A DNA stretch of 64,000 nt, taken from positions 3,488,001-3,552,000 of the forward strand of contig OZ253462.1 of the NCBI GenBank assembly GCA_965261395.1, in the 5' to 3' direction. Numbering within the stretch: position 1 is the first letter of the stretch; every line of letters begins with the position of its first letter. Source of the stretch: Candidatus Latescibacterota bacterium. Its GTDB lineage: Bacteria; Latescibacterota; UBA2968; UBA8231. The notes beneath the pieces were generated by a model. It searched no databases and was not told the DNA's origin. It saw only the letters and a program-made list of their open reading frames with translations. A program made the translations under genes and the position numbers. Shown piece by piece: positions 36,352-46,633 of this stretch.

Positions 36352-38328
36352 TCAAATTACAAATATCATGTTGTCTGTCATGCCAGTGAACCCATCAATT
36401 ATTGTCCATATACCCGCCGAGACGAACTGTCCCAGGACCATTCCCAAAAAGAAGGGGCGCAGGGCCCTAAACATCTTGGGCCCGCCATAGCGCAATACGA
36501 TGATCTTGACCAGCCAAGCCAGAAAGATGCTGAACCAAGTCCAGTCCATCACCCGGCTGCCGGCAACAGTCAATCCCAGCGGATGGAGCGGCCACCACAG
36601 AAATTTGTGTCGCAATAGCGTCAGCATGCCCATGAGCGAGGCGCCAATGCCTGTATTCATCCACATGCCCCAAGTCACGTCGATCGGTCGGTTGGTTACC
36701 GTCGATACCAGATCAAAGGGTAGCAAATTTGCCCCCAAGCAGAACCACGAGTGGATGTTCACGCCCCCGACCTCATAAACCAGCCTGAGCATCAGCCCAA
36801 ACGACACGATCAGCGATACGATTAGCGCCGCGACAATACAGCCAAACACCGGCCGCTTGCGTCCCTGGAAACGCTTGTCGTCCAACAGCTTCAACCCGTT
36901 GGCGATCGATGCCATCAAAAAGGTCCGAATATCCGAAGACCACCCGTAGGTATAACCCAGCGCCGTCACTCCCTGCGCGCCCAGTGCTGGAGTGCCGACG
37001 GCATAGAGCATAAAGTTGGGCGCGATCAGAGGTGCCCGGCACGCCGCCATACCGCCCTCGACCACGATGCGGGTAATGGCGATAAAGATCACAAAGGCGA
37101 TAAACAGGAACAGCCCGCCCGCCCAAAGAGGTAAGCCGGCGGCCCTGAGCCAGACGAGCATGACGACCACCGACACCAGGGTGCCGATCACCGCGCTCCG
37201 ATAGGAGAGAATCTCGCCGGAATCATCCACATCAGGAGCCGGGGTAAACGCCTTTCTAAACACATCTTTCAGGTGGCCCCTGGCGACCCATCCGCCATAG
37301 AGCACCAGTGTCAACATCGCTCCGATCGCGGTCGAGGAGAATATCCCTGAACTGCCGCCGTAGTGATTGACCCGCAATTGCAGGTACACCCCGAGGGTAT
37401 TGAACACTCCGTCCAGGCATTTGGCCACCACATCCAGAGACCAGAGCCCGAATGCCACATCCTGATTGATCAAATAGGCAAATCCCATCACGGGGAAACT
37501 GATCATAAAGCGCAACTGGATCGATTCCCGCAGCAGCGGGAGAGTGACGCCGGGATAGAGGAGGTTGAATGAGGGCAAATAATCGTAGTAAGCGTTGAGG
37601 CCAATGGAAGAAGTGACCAAGGAAGCAAAGGCGAAACCCAGCCACATCAGGGGATTTTTGAAGAACCCCGCCAGCAGACCGTCCCTGCTATTCTCACCGA
37701 TCATGTCGAGGGGGGCCCTGATGATGGGATAGATCAGCCTTTCGTGCTCTATCCACTGCTTTCTCAGAATGACCATCAGCGCGATCATCACAAAGTAGAA
37801 GGCGGCGAAGAAGACGCTCCAGTAAGCCAGCGGCTTCAACCACACAGCCCACGGAATCGACTCGCCTTGCGGCAGGCCCTCAAAGAAGTACTTGCTCGCC
37901 AGTGGATCCTCGATGATCATCCATCCTCTGACATAGGGGGCCACCAGATTCGCCCAGTCGTTCTCGGGCGTGGCAAAGTAGGGCAGCGTCGCCAGCAGGG
38001 GGATCTGGTAGTGGGTCAGCCCCATTCCCGTGATCGCGCACGAGGTCATCATCATCACATAGATGAGGATCAACTCCGTCGGCGTGAATGCCACTCTGGG
38101 TCCCATGAGCCTCAACAGCACATTGACGCCGGCCACTAAGAAAAAGAAAATGAATAGAGCCCCGCCGGTGCTGAAGTCATCGGACATGCGCGAACTTCTG
38201 AGGAAGATTTCCCCGTACTGCGTTCCCCCGCCTACCAGGGCCGAGCACACCAGACCGATAAAAAAAGCTCTCGGCGTCACCCCAGAGGAATTACCCACTC
38301 GCGTCTCTGTTCGCTTCTGTTCCTTCAT
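36352..38328 (-). CDS. Polytopic membrane protein (DUF6785/DUF6784-like putative transporter)
   Basis: RAFFIGL, YFATPENDW, ILRKQWIEHERLIYP, WWPLHPLG, LRYGG....ALRPFFLG. Confidence 0.75.
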   Translation of the reverse strand: MKEQKRTETRVGNSSGVTPRAFFIGLVCSALVGGGTQYGEIFLRSSRMSDDFSTGGALFIFFFLVAGVNVLLRLMGPRVAFTPTELILIYVMMMTSCAITGMGLTHYQIPLLATLPYFATPENDWANLVAPYVRGWMIIEDPLASKYFFEGLPQGESIPWAVWLKPLAYWSVFFAAFYFVMIALMVILRKQWIEHERLIYPIIRAPLDMIGENSRDGLLAGFFKNPLMWLGFAFASLVTSSIGLNAYYDYLPSFNLLYPGVTLPLLRESIQLRFMISFPVMGFAYLINQDVAFGLWSLDVVAKCLDGVFNTLGVYLQLRVNHYGGSSGIFSSTAIGAMLTLVLYGGWVARGHLKDVFRKAFTPAPDVDDSGEILSYRSAVIGTLVSVVVMLVWLRAAGLPLWAGGLFLFIAFVIFIAITRIVVEGGMAACRAPLIAPNFMLYAVGTPALGAQGVTALGYTYGWSSDIRTFLMASIANGLKLLDDKRFQGRKRPVFGCIVAALIVSLIVSFGLMLRLVYEVGGVNIHSWFCLGANLLPFDLVSTVTNRPIDVTWGMWMNTGIGASLMGMLTLLRHKFLWWPLHPLGLTVAGSRVMDWTWFSIFLAWLVKIIVLRYGGPKMFRALRPFFLGMVLGQFVSAGIWTIIDGFTGMTDNMIFVI

Positions 38329-38398
38329 CCTCCTCTGGCTCCCTCTAGTAACAGATTCCCCCACAGCGATTTTATCCTGCGTCGCACCATTGCGATTG

Positions 38399-39673
38399 CT
38401 ACTTTTTGCTTAGTATAACTTGGTCCCCAGCCGCGTTCCTGAGCATCACAGTGACGGCTTTCGCTTCTCCGGGCAGCCGGATCTCCTCTGAAACCCGCAC
38501 TACTTTTCCCGGTAGCAAGCTCTTGGTGAAAAGAGACTCACCGCTAGCCGCATCCTGCGCGATGAGTTCGGTTTCTGCCGATACCCCAATATCCATTTTC
38601 AAGACGGCCTTGCCACCATTGCCGCTCTCGAAGGTCAGGCTCGGCTCATCCAACAGCAGATAATCTCCTGTGAGCCTGTACAAAGAGACAATCTGTTCCT
38701 TGGAGACACCGTGAAACATCGCCATATCCACGGTGTACTCGCACACCTCGCCTCGGTCGAGGTCGACAGAGTACCCCTCCCGCTCCCAGCGGTCGGCGTG
38801 ATTGGAGATGTGCCGGGTCAGCGAGGGCTCTAAGTAGTATGTGTCTGCACCCCGCGTATATCCTATGTAGGCGGGGATCTCCCTATCCTCGACAGACACC
38901 GAAGAGATGGCCATAGCCATCACTTGCTGGCTCTCGTCGTCCCCAATGACACCCCACCGCGCCGGCACAAACAACTGGAGACCGCCCGAGCCCCCCCTGC
39001 GGAAATCCACTGCTTCGGGTATCGGCCACGAGTGCCACGACTGGTCCGGGATCTGGTATTGGGGGATGAGTCCGCTCCACACCACCCAGCACTGACTGCC
39101 GGGGGCGAAAAAATAATCGCTGTCGTCGCACTCGCCTCCGACGCAGGGACTGCCGTGGACGCAGTGTTGAAAGCGGGCGCGCCGTTCGCCGACATTTTCT
39201 ATTTTGTAATCCATCTTCAGCCGCGTAGAGCCCTCGTAAGCGGTCGTGGTCTTTGCGAATCTCAGTTCGCACAATTTGCCGGTGACTGGGTCGGGGTAGG
39301 GAAAAGTCATCTCACCTACCAAGACTGCACGGTGTTCGTAGATCCGGGCTGTCATCTCCCACGGTTGGGTCCATAGGTAGCCCATGTAGGGCGATCCCCC
39401 GGTCCACGGCACGCATTCGGCGACACCGCCGTGCGGATAGTGTTTCCCGTGGTTTTTGTCGAGGGGTTCGAGTTGTCTTAGCTGTTCCACGCCGGCGATT
39501 TTGTCGAAATAACTCAGCGGCGACCGGCCTCGGGTATGGGCTATCTCACTTCTGATGTATTTATTCTCGAACACATATATCGGCTGCCCATCGCGTTCGC
39601 TGATATAGAGAGATACTTGGCCCATTCCGGGGAGGGCCCACAAGAGAGCTAGGGATAAAGCCCATGATCTCAT
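38399..39673 (-). CDS. Secreted galactose-mutarotase-like fold protein
   Basis: Signal peptide; FENKYIR.EI...G, GG..EC.P, G.LWTQPW, L.MDY.IEN. Confidence 0.55.
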   Translation of the reverse strand: MRSWALSLALLWALPGMGQVSLYISERDGQPIYVFENKYIRSEIAHTRGRSPLSYFDKIAGVEQLRQLEPLDKNHGKHYPHGGVAECVPWTGGSPYMGYLWTQPWEMTARIYEHRAVLVGEMTFPYPDPVTGKLCELRFAKTTTAYEGSTRLKMDYKIENVGERRARFQHCVHGSPCVGGECDDSDYFFAPGSQCWVVWSGLIPQYQIPDQSWHSWPIPEAVDFRRGGSGGLQLFVPARWGVIGDDESQQVMAMAISSVSVEDREIPAYIGYTRGADTYYLEPSLTRHISNHADRWEREGYSVDLDRGEVCEYTVDMAMFHGVSKEQIVSLYRLTGDYLLLDEPSLTFESGNGGKAVLKMDIGVSAETELIAQDAASGESLFTKSLLPGKVVRVSEEIRLPGEAKAVTVMLRNAAGDQVILSKK

Positions 39674-39715
39674 CGAAAAACTCCTTTCGCGAATGCTATG
39701 ATCGAGCCTCTGACA

Positions 39716-41461
39716 TCAGGGCGCACGGCTGCTGTCGTTCCATCCACCTCCGACCCATCCCCTGCCTTCCTCGATCACGACGCGCTGATTGACGGCTAAC
39801 TGGCTCATGCGATCCACCGTGCCGCTGGGCCAGCGAACGACGAGTTGCTCTATACTCTCACTCTTCCCCAATCCAAAAGAAGCGTGTAGGTCATTTTGGC
39901 TGTACAGTCCAGAGCCGCTCTTGATCTCCCTGATCTGGCGCAAACCGCCCGCGTTGAGTTCGATCCGCGCCCCCACACCATCCCTGTTGCTCTCTACACC
40001 GACTACTCGGACTTGGAACCAGTTGTGCTGGGTACCCCCATCGTTTCGCAGCAGGTCGGCACGGCCGACCGAATGGACCACGAAGATATCCACATCGCCG
40101 TCGTTGTCGTAATCGCCGAACGCCGCCCCCCGGCTCACCTTGACGATGGACAGCCCCTCCCCCGAGGCATCGGAGACCTCCACAAAGCGTCTCTGTCCCT
40201 CGTTCCTGAACAACTGGTTGCGCTGGGGATACGAGGTAGAGGCGTCAAAAAGAATCACGTTGTCCAGAGTATGACCGTTGGCGACGAAGATATCCAACAA
40301 ACCATCGTTGTCATAGTCGAAGAAGGCGGTGCTCCAGCCGACATAGGGGAGCGAATAGCGCCCGATACTCGAAGGCGTCGATTCGTACGCGAACAGGCCA
40401 TCGCCTTCGTTCCGATAGAGGCTGGTAGGCTCGCGCTGAAAATTTGGGACAACGAGATCTAGCAAGCCATCGTTGTCATAGTCCCCGAAGTCGGCCCCCA
40501 TACTGGCTTCCATCCGCCCATCACCGCTGTAGCCGACCCCCGCGATAAGAGCTACATCCGCAAAAGTTCCATCGCCGTTGTTCTGGTAGAGGAAATTGGC
40601 TGTCTGGTCATTGGCCACAAAGAGATCCATGTCGCCGTCGTTGTCGTAATCGCCGCACACTAAGCCCATCCCTTTTCCATCTGGATTGAACACCCCGGCT
40701 TGGACCGTGACGTCCGCAAAGGTTCCATCCCCCTCGTTGTGATACAGGGCATCGGGAGCGCCTTTAAAATTATCGGGACTGGGATAGGATCTGGTATCTG
40801 GCGCTACTTCTGCGCCCGCAAAGGAGCCAACGGCATATGGAGTCAGATCCTTGCCAGGGGCATCGAGGGTATACTCGACATAGTTGGCCACATACAAATC
40901 GAGGAATCCGTCGTTGTCATAGTCAAAAAAGGCACAGCCCGTCCCCCACAATTCGTTCCCCAATCCCGTTTGGTCGGTGACGTTCGCAAAGGTTCCATCC
41001 CCCTCGTTGCGATACAGCGCGTTCGGACCGTAATTGGTGAGGTAGATATCCACATCCCCGTCGTTGTCATAATCGGCGGCGGTCACACCCATGCCGTATC
41101 CCCCGTCTCTCACCCCGGCTTCGCGTCCGACTGCGGCGAAGGTTCCATTGCCCCTGTTGCGATAGAGCGCATTGCGCTCTTCAGGGTCAGTGTCAGGACT
41201 CAGATCGTGACCATTGACTGCGTATAAATCGAGAAATCCATCGCTGTCATAGTCCAGAAACGCGCACCCCGGTCCCATGGTTTCGATAAAGTACTTCTGC
41301 CCAGTGCCGCCGTGGGTATAGTGAAAATCGATACCTGCCTCTACGCTCACCTCGACAAAATGCACCTGTCCACTCGTGGCATGGATGGCCGAACCCCAGA
41401 GCACGAGGCAGATCAACCACATTGAGTATGGAAAAAGACGGCCTAGGTAGTCTCTCGACAT
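39716..41461 (-). CDS. CRTAC1 family protein (FG-GAP repeats + ASPIC/UnbV)
   Basis: Multiple DYDNDG..D repeats, LYRN.GDGTF, SNRDGVGARI, FGLG....IE.L.VRWPSG. Confidence 0.92.
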   Translation of the reverse strand: MSRDYLGRLFPYSMWLICLVLWGSAIHATSGQVHFVEVSVEAGIDFHYTHGGTGQKYFIETMGPGCAFLDYDSDGFLDLYAVNGHDLSPDTDPEERNALYRNRGNGTFAAVGREAGVRDGGYGMGVTAADYDNDGDVDIYLTNYGPNALYRNEGDGTFANVTDQTGLGNELWGTGCAFFDYDNDGFLDLYVANYVEYTLDAPGKDLTPYAVGSFAGAEVAPDTRSYPSPDNFKGAPDALYHNEGDGTFADVTVQAGVFNPDGKGMGLVCGDYDNDGDMDLFVANDQTANFLYQNNGDGTFADVALIAGVGYSGDGRMEASMGADFGDYDNDGLLDLVVPNFQREPTSLYRNEGDGLFAYESTPSSIGRYSLPYVGWSTAFFDYDNDGLLDIFVANGHTLDNVILFDASTSYPQRNQLFRNEGQRRFVEVSDASGEGLSIVKVSRGAAFGDYDNDGDVDIFVVHSVGRADLLRNDGGTQHNWFQVRVVGVESNRDGVGARIELNAGGLRQIREIKSGSGLYSQNDLHASFGLGKSESIEQLVVRWPSGTVDRMSQLAVNQRVVIEEGRGWVGGGWNDSSRAP

Positions 41462-41502
41462 TGAGATAGCGCCTCACGGCAGGAGTTCATGCTCTAGCGG
41501 CG

Positions 41503-42435
41503 CTAGGGAGCCTCTAGAGCATCCTCTACCTGAATATTATCCTGCCCTTCGAGCACCAGAATCCGGGAGAGATGCCGAGCCAGTACTTCGACGATTTGGA
41601 CGACTCCGATCCGCTTCATCTCCCGCCGAGAATACACCGCGAATTTGTGCCCCACCTCAACCTTGTCCGCCAGCCCCAAATTGGCGAAGCCCTCCTTTCC
41701 CTCCAGGGCGAGGATCTTCGGTTCCCGCTGTTGCAGGGCGTGAGGTGGGGAGGTCTTAGCCCTAATTTCTGCAGTTAGTTGCTGGAGTGCAGCTAGCGTA
41801 ACTTTGCCTATGATGGTCCGCCGAAAGCGCTCCACGCCAAAGGGAATCTCGTTGAGTTCGAGCAGGGCGGCCTCTTTACGGGTAGGTTTTCCCAAAAGGG
41901 TCAAGCCCAGATCCCGATCCGTCATTTCGGCCTTACCCGCCGCCGTTCCAACTTGACTCCCAGAGAGCGGCTGCAGCAATTGGAGCTCGACTTCGACCAG
42001 AGCCGTATAGGAGGTGTACCCTCCCAAGAAGGGGTTGCCTGCATTGAACCGTTTGATGGAGAAGTTGCGGATATCGCCGTTCACAACCAGATCGGCACCG
42101 GCGGCACCTCCTATCCTGAGCGCTTGGGCTTCACTCAGGGCGGCACCGTCCTCGCCTGCTGTCAGTAAAGAATCGAGCGTATCCAACGGCAAAACAACTA
42201 TGTTCCGATCCTGTTGGAGCAATTCGCCTAGGACCTGGGGAATATCCCGGCTGATATCCCAGCTACCGCGAAAATAGCTGTGGTCCTCGAAGGGCATGAT
42301 CAGAATCACCGCTTCGGGCTGCAACGCCGCAGAACGAAGCGGATACAGGAGTAGTGCGAGTCCAAACAGGTCGACTCTACAGAGACCAGCCCAGCCCAGA
42401 ATAGCTATTGTTCTTAGCATGGAAAGAGCTGGCAT
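41503..42435 (-). CDS. Periplasmic CsgG/TolB-N/FlgT-like protein
   Basis: IMPFEDHS, IG...GADLVV.GDI.NF, C-terminal NLG..D.V.VG..F.VY. Confidence 0.55.
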   Translation of the reverse strand: MPALSMLRTIAILGWAGLCRVDLFGLALLLYPLRSAALQPEAVILIMPFEDHSYFRGSWDISRDIPQVLGELLQQDRNIVVLPLDTLDSLLTAGEDGAALSEAQALRIGGAAGADLVVNGDIRNFSIKRFNAGNPFLGGYTSYTALVEVELQLLQPLSGSQVGTAAGKAEMTDRDLGLTLLGKPTRKEAALLELNEIPFGVERFRRTIIGKVTLAALQQLTAEIRAKTSPPHALQQREPKILALEGKEGFANLGLADKVEVGHKFAVYSRREMKRIGVVQIVEVLARHLSRILVLEGQDNIQVEDALEAP

Positions 42436-42450
42436 GGTGGTATAAAGCCA

Positions 42451-43236
42451 CTATTGACGGTCAAAGCTCACCGCCTCATGGTCTTTCTTGACCTCCCACT
42501 TCTCCACCCTGCGGTTGAAGTCGAAACGGATATCGACCGTTTCTAGCGGCGTGTCGAACTGGTCGAATTTGAGGGCGAATTCTTTCAGTGCCAACCGCAC
42601 TTTCTCCACCGCCGGGTCGAGCGAATCAAAGGCGATTAGACCGCTGTAGCTCTCTCCCTTGAATATCGACTGATCCTCCGCATAGTTCAGACTGCGCACA
42701 TGCCCCATTCTGACTTCAAAGCGATAGAATTCATTGCCGCTCTGCCCGCGCAAGCCTCTGTAATACCGCTCGAAGCTATTGTAGGGCGACGTCGATGGCA
42801 TCCCATAGGAATGGAGTGTCTGGTCCTGATCCGTCAGGAGAATGGCTTTGAGGGGATAGAGTTGAACTTTGGCAAAAGTCTGGTTGAAAACACTCACCTT
42901 GAAGACCGTGAAGCGGTTGGGAGTATAACCCACATCCCGATCAATGTAGTCGCCGTAGGTATAGGGATTAGTCGAATACTCTCCTCTATCCGAATCTTCG
43001 GGAAGCAGGGCATTCAGCTCTGCATCCGTCATAAATTTGACGTCGATCCGCAATCCTTCTGACGCATATACAGAGCCATCGTTCTCCACTCTATAAGGAG
43101 CTTCATTGCCGCTCTTTGCCACGGGCACCAGATACGAGTTGTAGTGGATCTGCGGCGGAAAAATAATGCACCCCACCGCGATTTGGGCTGTACAAGCTAC
43201 CAATATCCACCTTGTCGCCTTGCCGGTGATTTGCAT
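42451..43236 (-). CDS. Hypothetical lipoprotein
   Basis: Lipobox-like IAVGC; AAAGGGA RBS; NPYTYG..D..GYTPNRFTVF. Confidence 0.65.
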   Translation of the reverse strand: MQITGKATRWILVACTAQIAVGCIIFPPQIHYNSYLVPVAKSGNEAPYRVENDGSVYASEGLRIDVKFMTDAELNALLPEDSDRGEYSTNPYTYGDYIDRDVGYTPNRFTVFKVSVFNQTFAKVQLYPLKAILLTDQDQTLHSYGMPSTSPYNSFERYYRGLRGQSGNEFYRFEVRMGHVRSLNYAEDQSIFKGESYSGLIAFDSLDPAVEKVRLALKEFALKFDQFDTPLETVDIRFDFNRRVEKWEVKKDHEAVSFDRQ

Positions 43237-43311
43237 ATTCATTCCCTTTCTGGTATGACTTACTTTTCCCCTCAACTTGCGCGAGCCCAGTCAATCCACG
43301 TACCCCGAGCA

Positions 43312-46300
43312 TCACAGCCTGGAGTTCACGATCCAGTCTCGATGCCCTTTGGCAAATCGATAGGCATCTTCGCTAGCTTTATCGTCCTCAAATAGAGCGA
43401 TCACTTTATCGTAGGTTTGCACTGCTTTTTGCCACTGGCGCAAAAACTCATAACATGTGCCCAAATTGCTTAGTGCGCCGATCTCCACCTCGGTGCCAGG
43501 ATATTTCTCCGTGAGAGCGATGAACAGCGGCACCACTTCGTCGAATTTCTGCCGCGCCTTCTCTTCCTCTCCCTCTTTGTCCAAGACCGCAGCCGCGCCA
43601 AATAGGGCCATAGTTCGTTCGTATTCTTCATAGGCTATCAGTTCCCGCACGTTTTCTACAACCTCGGGAACTTCTCTGGCGATATTGGCCTCGGGGTAGT
43701 CGGCCAGCACATGTTGATACTCGACCAGCGCTCTTGCGTAGTCTTCCTTGTTGAAGTAATAATCGCCTAGCGTGAAGCGGGCATCTGCCGCAAACTCACT
43801 ATTGGGAAAGGTTGCGAGCAGACGTTGAAAAGTCCGAATGAATTTTTCATTGTCCTTTAGTTCGTAGAACGCCCAAGCCGTGTTATAGAGTGCATCATCG
43901 CTAAACGACGACGCTAGATAATCATCTAATAGACGCTGGTAGAGCGCGATCGTCTCGTCAAATTTTCTCAAGTTGAATGCACTCTCAGATGCACGCATCA
44001 GCGCTTCGGCCGCCACGTCGGCGTGCGGATATTTTTCCACCAGCTGCTCGAAAACCTCTGCAGACCGCTCGAATTCCCTCAGGTTGAAATACGCGTAGCC
44101 AAGATAGTAGTACGCGTACCCAATGTTGGTTGAGTCGGGGAAACGCGCGACAAAGGCGCTCAATACTTCCGCTGATTCGTCGAACTTTTCGCTCTGAAAG
44201 TAAAGCGTGCCCAGAGCATAGGCCATATCGACGGAATAGTAAGAGTTCGGATAGCGCTTGAGCCCTTCGCTATACGTCGATATCACTTCCTCGTATTGCC
44301 CCTTGTGCTGCTGGCTCTCACCAATGAGGTAATAGACCTGCTCCTTCAACCAGTAATCTCTATCTCCTTTGCTGTCCGCTAGGTCCATCGCCAGAATTTT
44401 TCGGCCCGTGGCGATGGCTGTATCATACTGCTCCAATTCGAGATAGAGCGTCAGCATAAGCACCAGGTACTCTGCCTGTTCAACTGGATCTTCGGCAGCA
44501 GTGGCCAATCGCCGGTAGCTCTCGAGCGCCTCTTCCTGTCTGTTTAAGCGGAGATAAGCTAATCCCAACATCTTCTGGGCCGGACTTTTGATCCTCTCGT
44601 CGGCAGAATCCACCAGCACTCGCAGATCTTCCGCTGCTTGGGCGTATCGCTCCAGACGCGAGTAGCTCGTCCCCCTGTCGTACTGTGCGATCTCCTTCAA
44701 CTTGGGGTTGCCCGTACTATTGATGGCCTGCGTAAATTGGGCCACCGCACGCTCGTATTCCTCTTTTCCCACCCATGCCTTGCCCATCAAGTAGTGGTAT
44801 TGAGCACGCTCTTCCTCGCTGCCGGCTCTAGTCATGCCCCGCGCGAGAATCCCCAAAGCTCGGTCGAGTTGCTGGATACCTAGGTATATACGCCCTGCTT
44901 CGACGCACGCCAGTGAGAACTGTGGTGCCGTCTCCCGCACCTGCAAAAAGACCTCCGTCGCCCTCTCGCCTTCGCCTTTTTTATTGAGAGCCAATCCCCG
45001 TTCAAAGTGGGCGATATCCAACTGAGTGGAATCATCCGTCACCGCGATAATCTCATCGTAGAAGGCCGCCGCCCTATCGTATAGCTCCTGGTTGTAGAGC
45101 ATCCGTGCCAGTTGGAATTGTGAACTCCTGGCATAAGTGCCATCGCGATTGTCCGCGATGATCTGCCGGTAGATCTCCTCGGCCTCGCGCTGCGCTGCTT
45201 GCTCGCCAATCCTCTGTTTGGCGAGAGCGACATTGAATCTGGTCGCGGTGACAAAATTAGGATCGGGATACTGCTCCAAGACCGTGTCATAGGCCTGCAC
45301 GGCTGCCGCATAGGCCTCGCGGGCCTCTACTGCCTCTCCCTGCTGTGCCAATTTTTCGGCTTTAGAGTAGTAGGCGCGACCAATTTCGAACCAGGAATTA
45401 CCTAGGGAGTAGCCGGCTCGGGGGGCGATTTCGCCATAGGCTTTCGCATATACATTGTATTCGCGAATCGCATCGTCAAAATAGTCTGCTCCCCATTCTT
45501 CGCTCGCTTTGGTGTAGCGTTGAGCTAGCTGGAACTGCATTCGCGCCTTAAATGTGTTGTTGGGTATTTGGACGATGGCCTCGCGGTACGTATCAACACA
45601 GCGGGCGAAAAGCCGGTTTTCAAAGTACATATCCGCTAGGCTCTGATAAGCCTTCTCAACCAGTCTCCGCTCTTGGGCAAACACCGTGATGACGGAGCGA
45701 TAGGATCGCTCTGCCTGTGCAAAATCCTCTAACTGGCCGTAGCAGTCTCCGATCCGGATCTGGGCCTTTGCGGTCAACTCATACTCGGTTTCGTCCACCA
45801 ACCCGGCCACTTTCTCGAACTGCATCTTCTGAATTTCTTGGTCGCTTAACGCGCCGATGTTTAACTGGTCCACTAATTGTTGATAGTAGGGGATCGCCTT
45901 GCGGTACTGTCCCTGATCGTAATAGCATTCACCGATCTGGAAAAAGGCCCGGCTGACCTGGAAACCGGATTTGAAACGCTCCGTCAGTTCGGTAAAGGCT
46001 TCGATGCTATTGGTGTATTCCCTCAGTTCGTAGTAGGACCATCCTATATTATAAAAAGCCTCCACTACATACGGGTTATCGGGATATTTCTCAATAAATT
46101 TCTGTCCCGCGCGGATGACCTCCCGGTAGTGCCGCGCGCGGTACCAACAGGCCGTAATCCTGCTTTGCGCTAGCACCCGCAAATTCTCGGACTTAGCATT
46201 TTCTTCTACTCTGGAGAAATGGCTCACCGCCTTTGCCAAATATTCCTCCGCCCTGCTCTTCCGCTGCTCCTGTTCCTCTTTGTTCGACTCGTCCTTCGAG

Positions 46301-46599
46301 GCAAGAAATTCTTCCTCGAACATCTTGAAATACGCATTGCCCATCTGGTAGATCGCCGCGTCTTTCACTGCAGTTTCCACTTTTCCAACCACGACGACGA
46401 TGTCGCTGTCTGCTAGCAACATACTGCGAACACCGCTGATATCTTCGAACTTATCGATGGCCTGATCGTAAGCACCTTCGGAATAGAAACTCTGACCCGC
46501 TTGGAAGGTGGAGAGCATGTACTCTCTAGTGGGCACATTTTTCGCCAAGAGGGCAATGCCCAAGGTCATAGCTACAATCGCCAATCCCAGCAAATTCAT
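43312..46599 (-). CDS. Very large TPR-repeat protein (BamD/CpoB-like repeats)
   Basis: N-terminal TM/signal; many repeats such as AFYNIGWSYY, AFFQIGECYY, ARFTLGDYY, L..YP.S. Confidence 0.88.
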   Translation of the reverse strand: MNLLGLAIVAMTLGIALLAKNVPTREYMLSTFQAGQSFYSEGAYDQAIDKFEDISGVRSMLLADSDIVVVVGKVETAVKDAAIYQMGNAYFKMFEEEFLASKDESNKEEQEQRKSRAEEYLAKAVSHFSRVEENAKSENLRVLAQSRITACWYRARHYREVIRAGQKFIEKYPDNPYVVEAFYNIGWSYYELREYTNSIEAFTELTERFKSGFQVSRAFFQIGECYYDQGQYRKAIPYYQQLVDQLNIGALSDQEIQKMQFEKVAGLVDETEYELTAKAQIRIGDCYGQLEDFAQAERSYRSVITVFAQERRLVEKAYQSLADMYFENRLFARCVDTYREAIVQIPNNTFKARMQFQLAQRYTKASEEWGADYFDDAIREYNVYAKAYGEIAPRAGYSLGNSWFEIGRAYYSKAEKLAQQGEAVEAREAYAAAVQAYDTVLEQYPDPNFVTATRFNVALAKQRIGEQAAQREAEEIYRQIIADNRDGTYARSSQFQLARMLYNQELYDRAAAFYDEIIAVTDDSTQLDIAHFERGLALNKKGEGERATEVFLQVRETAPQFSLACVEAGRIYLGIQQLDRALGILARGMTRAGSEEERAQYHYLMGKAWVGKEEYERAVAQFTQAINSTGNPKLKEIAQYDRGTSYSRLERYAQAAEDLRVLVDSADERIKSPAQKMLGLAYLRLNRQEEALESYRRLATAAEDPVEQAEYLVLMLTLYLELEQYDTAIATGRKILAMDLADSKGDRDYWLKEQVYYLIGESQQHKGQYEEVISTYSEGLKRYPNSYYSVDMAYALGTLYFQSEKFDESAEVLSAFVARFPDSTNIGYAYYYLGYAYFNLREFERSAEVFEQLVEKYPHADVAAEALMRASESAFNLRKFDETIALYQRLLDDYLASSFSDDALYNTAWAFYELKDNEKFIRTFQRLLATFPNSEFAADARFTLGDYYFNKEDYARALVEYQHVLADYPEANIAREVPEVVENVRELIAYEEYERTMALFGAAAVLDKEGEEEKARQKFDEVVPLFIALTEKYPGTEVEIGALSNLGTCYEFLRQWQKAVQTYDKVIALFEDDKASEDAYRFAKGHRDWIVNSRL

Positions 46600-46633
46600 C
46601 AGTTCTCTCCTCTTTTCAAGCCTTGCAAAGAAA

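Noticed and set aside
39716-41461. Recurrent GTCGTTGTCGTAATC-like DNA repeats
   Set aside because: They simply encode the DYDNDG FG-GAP repeats
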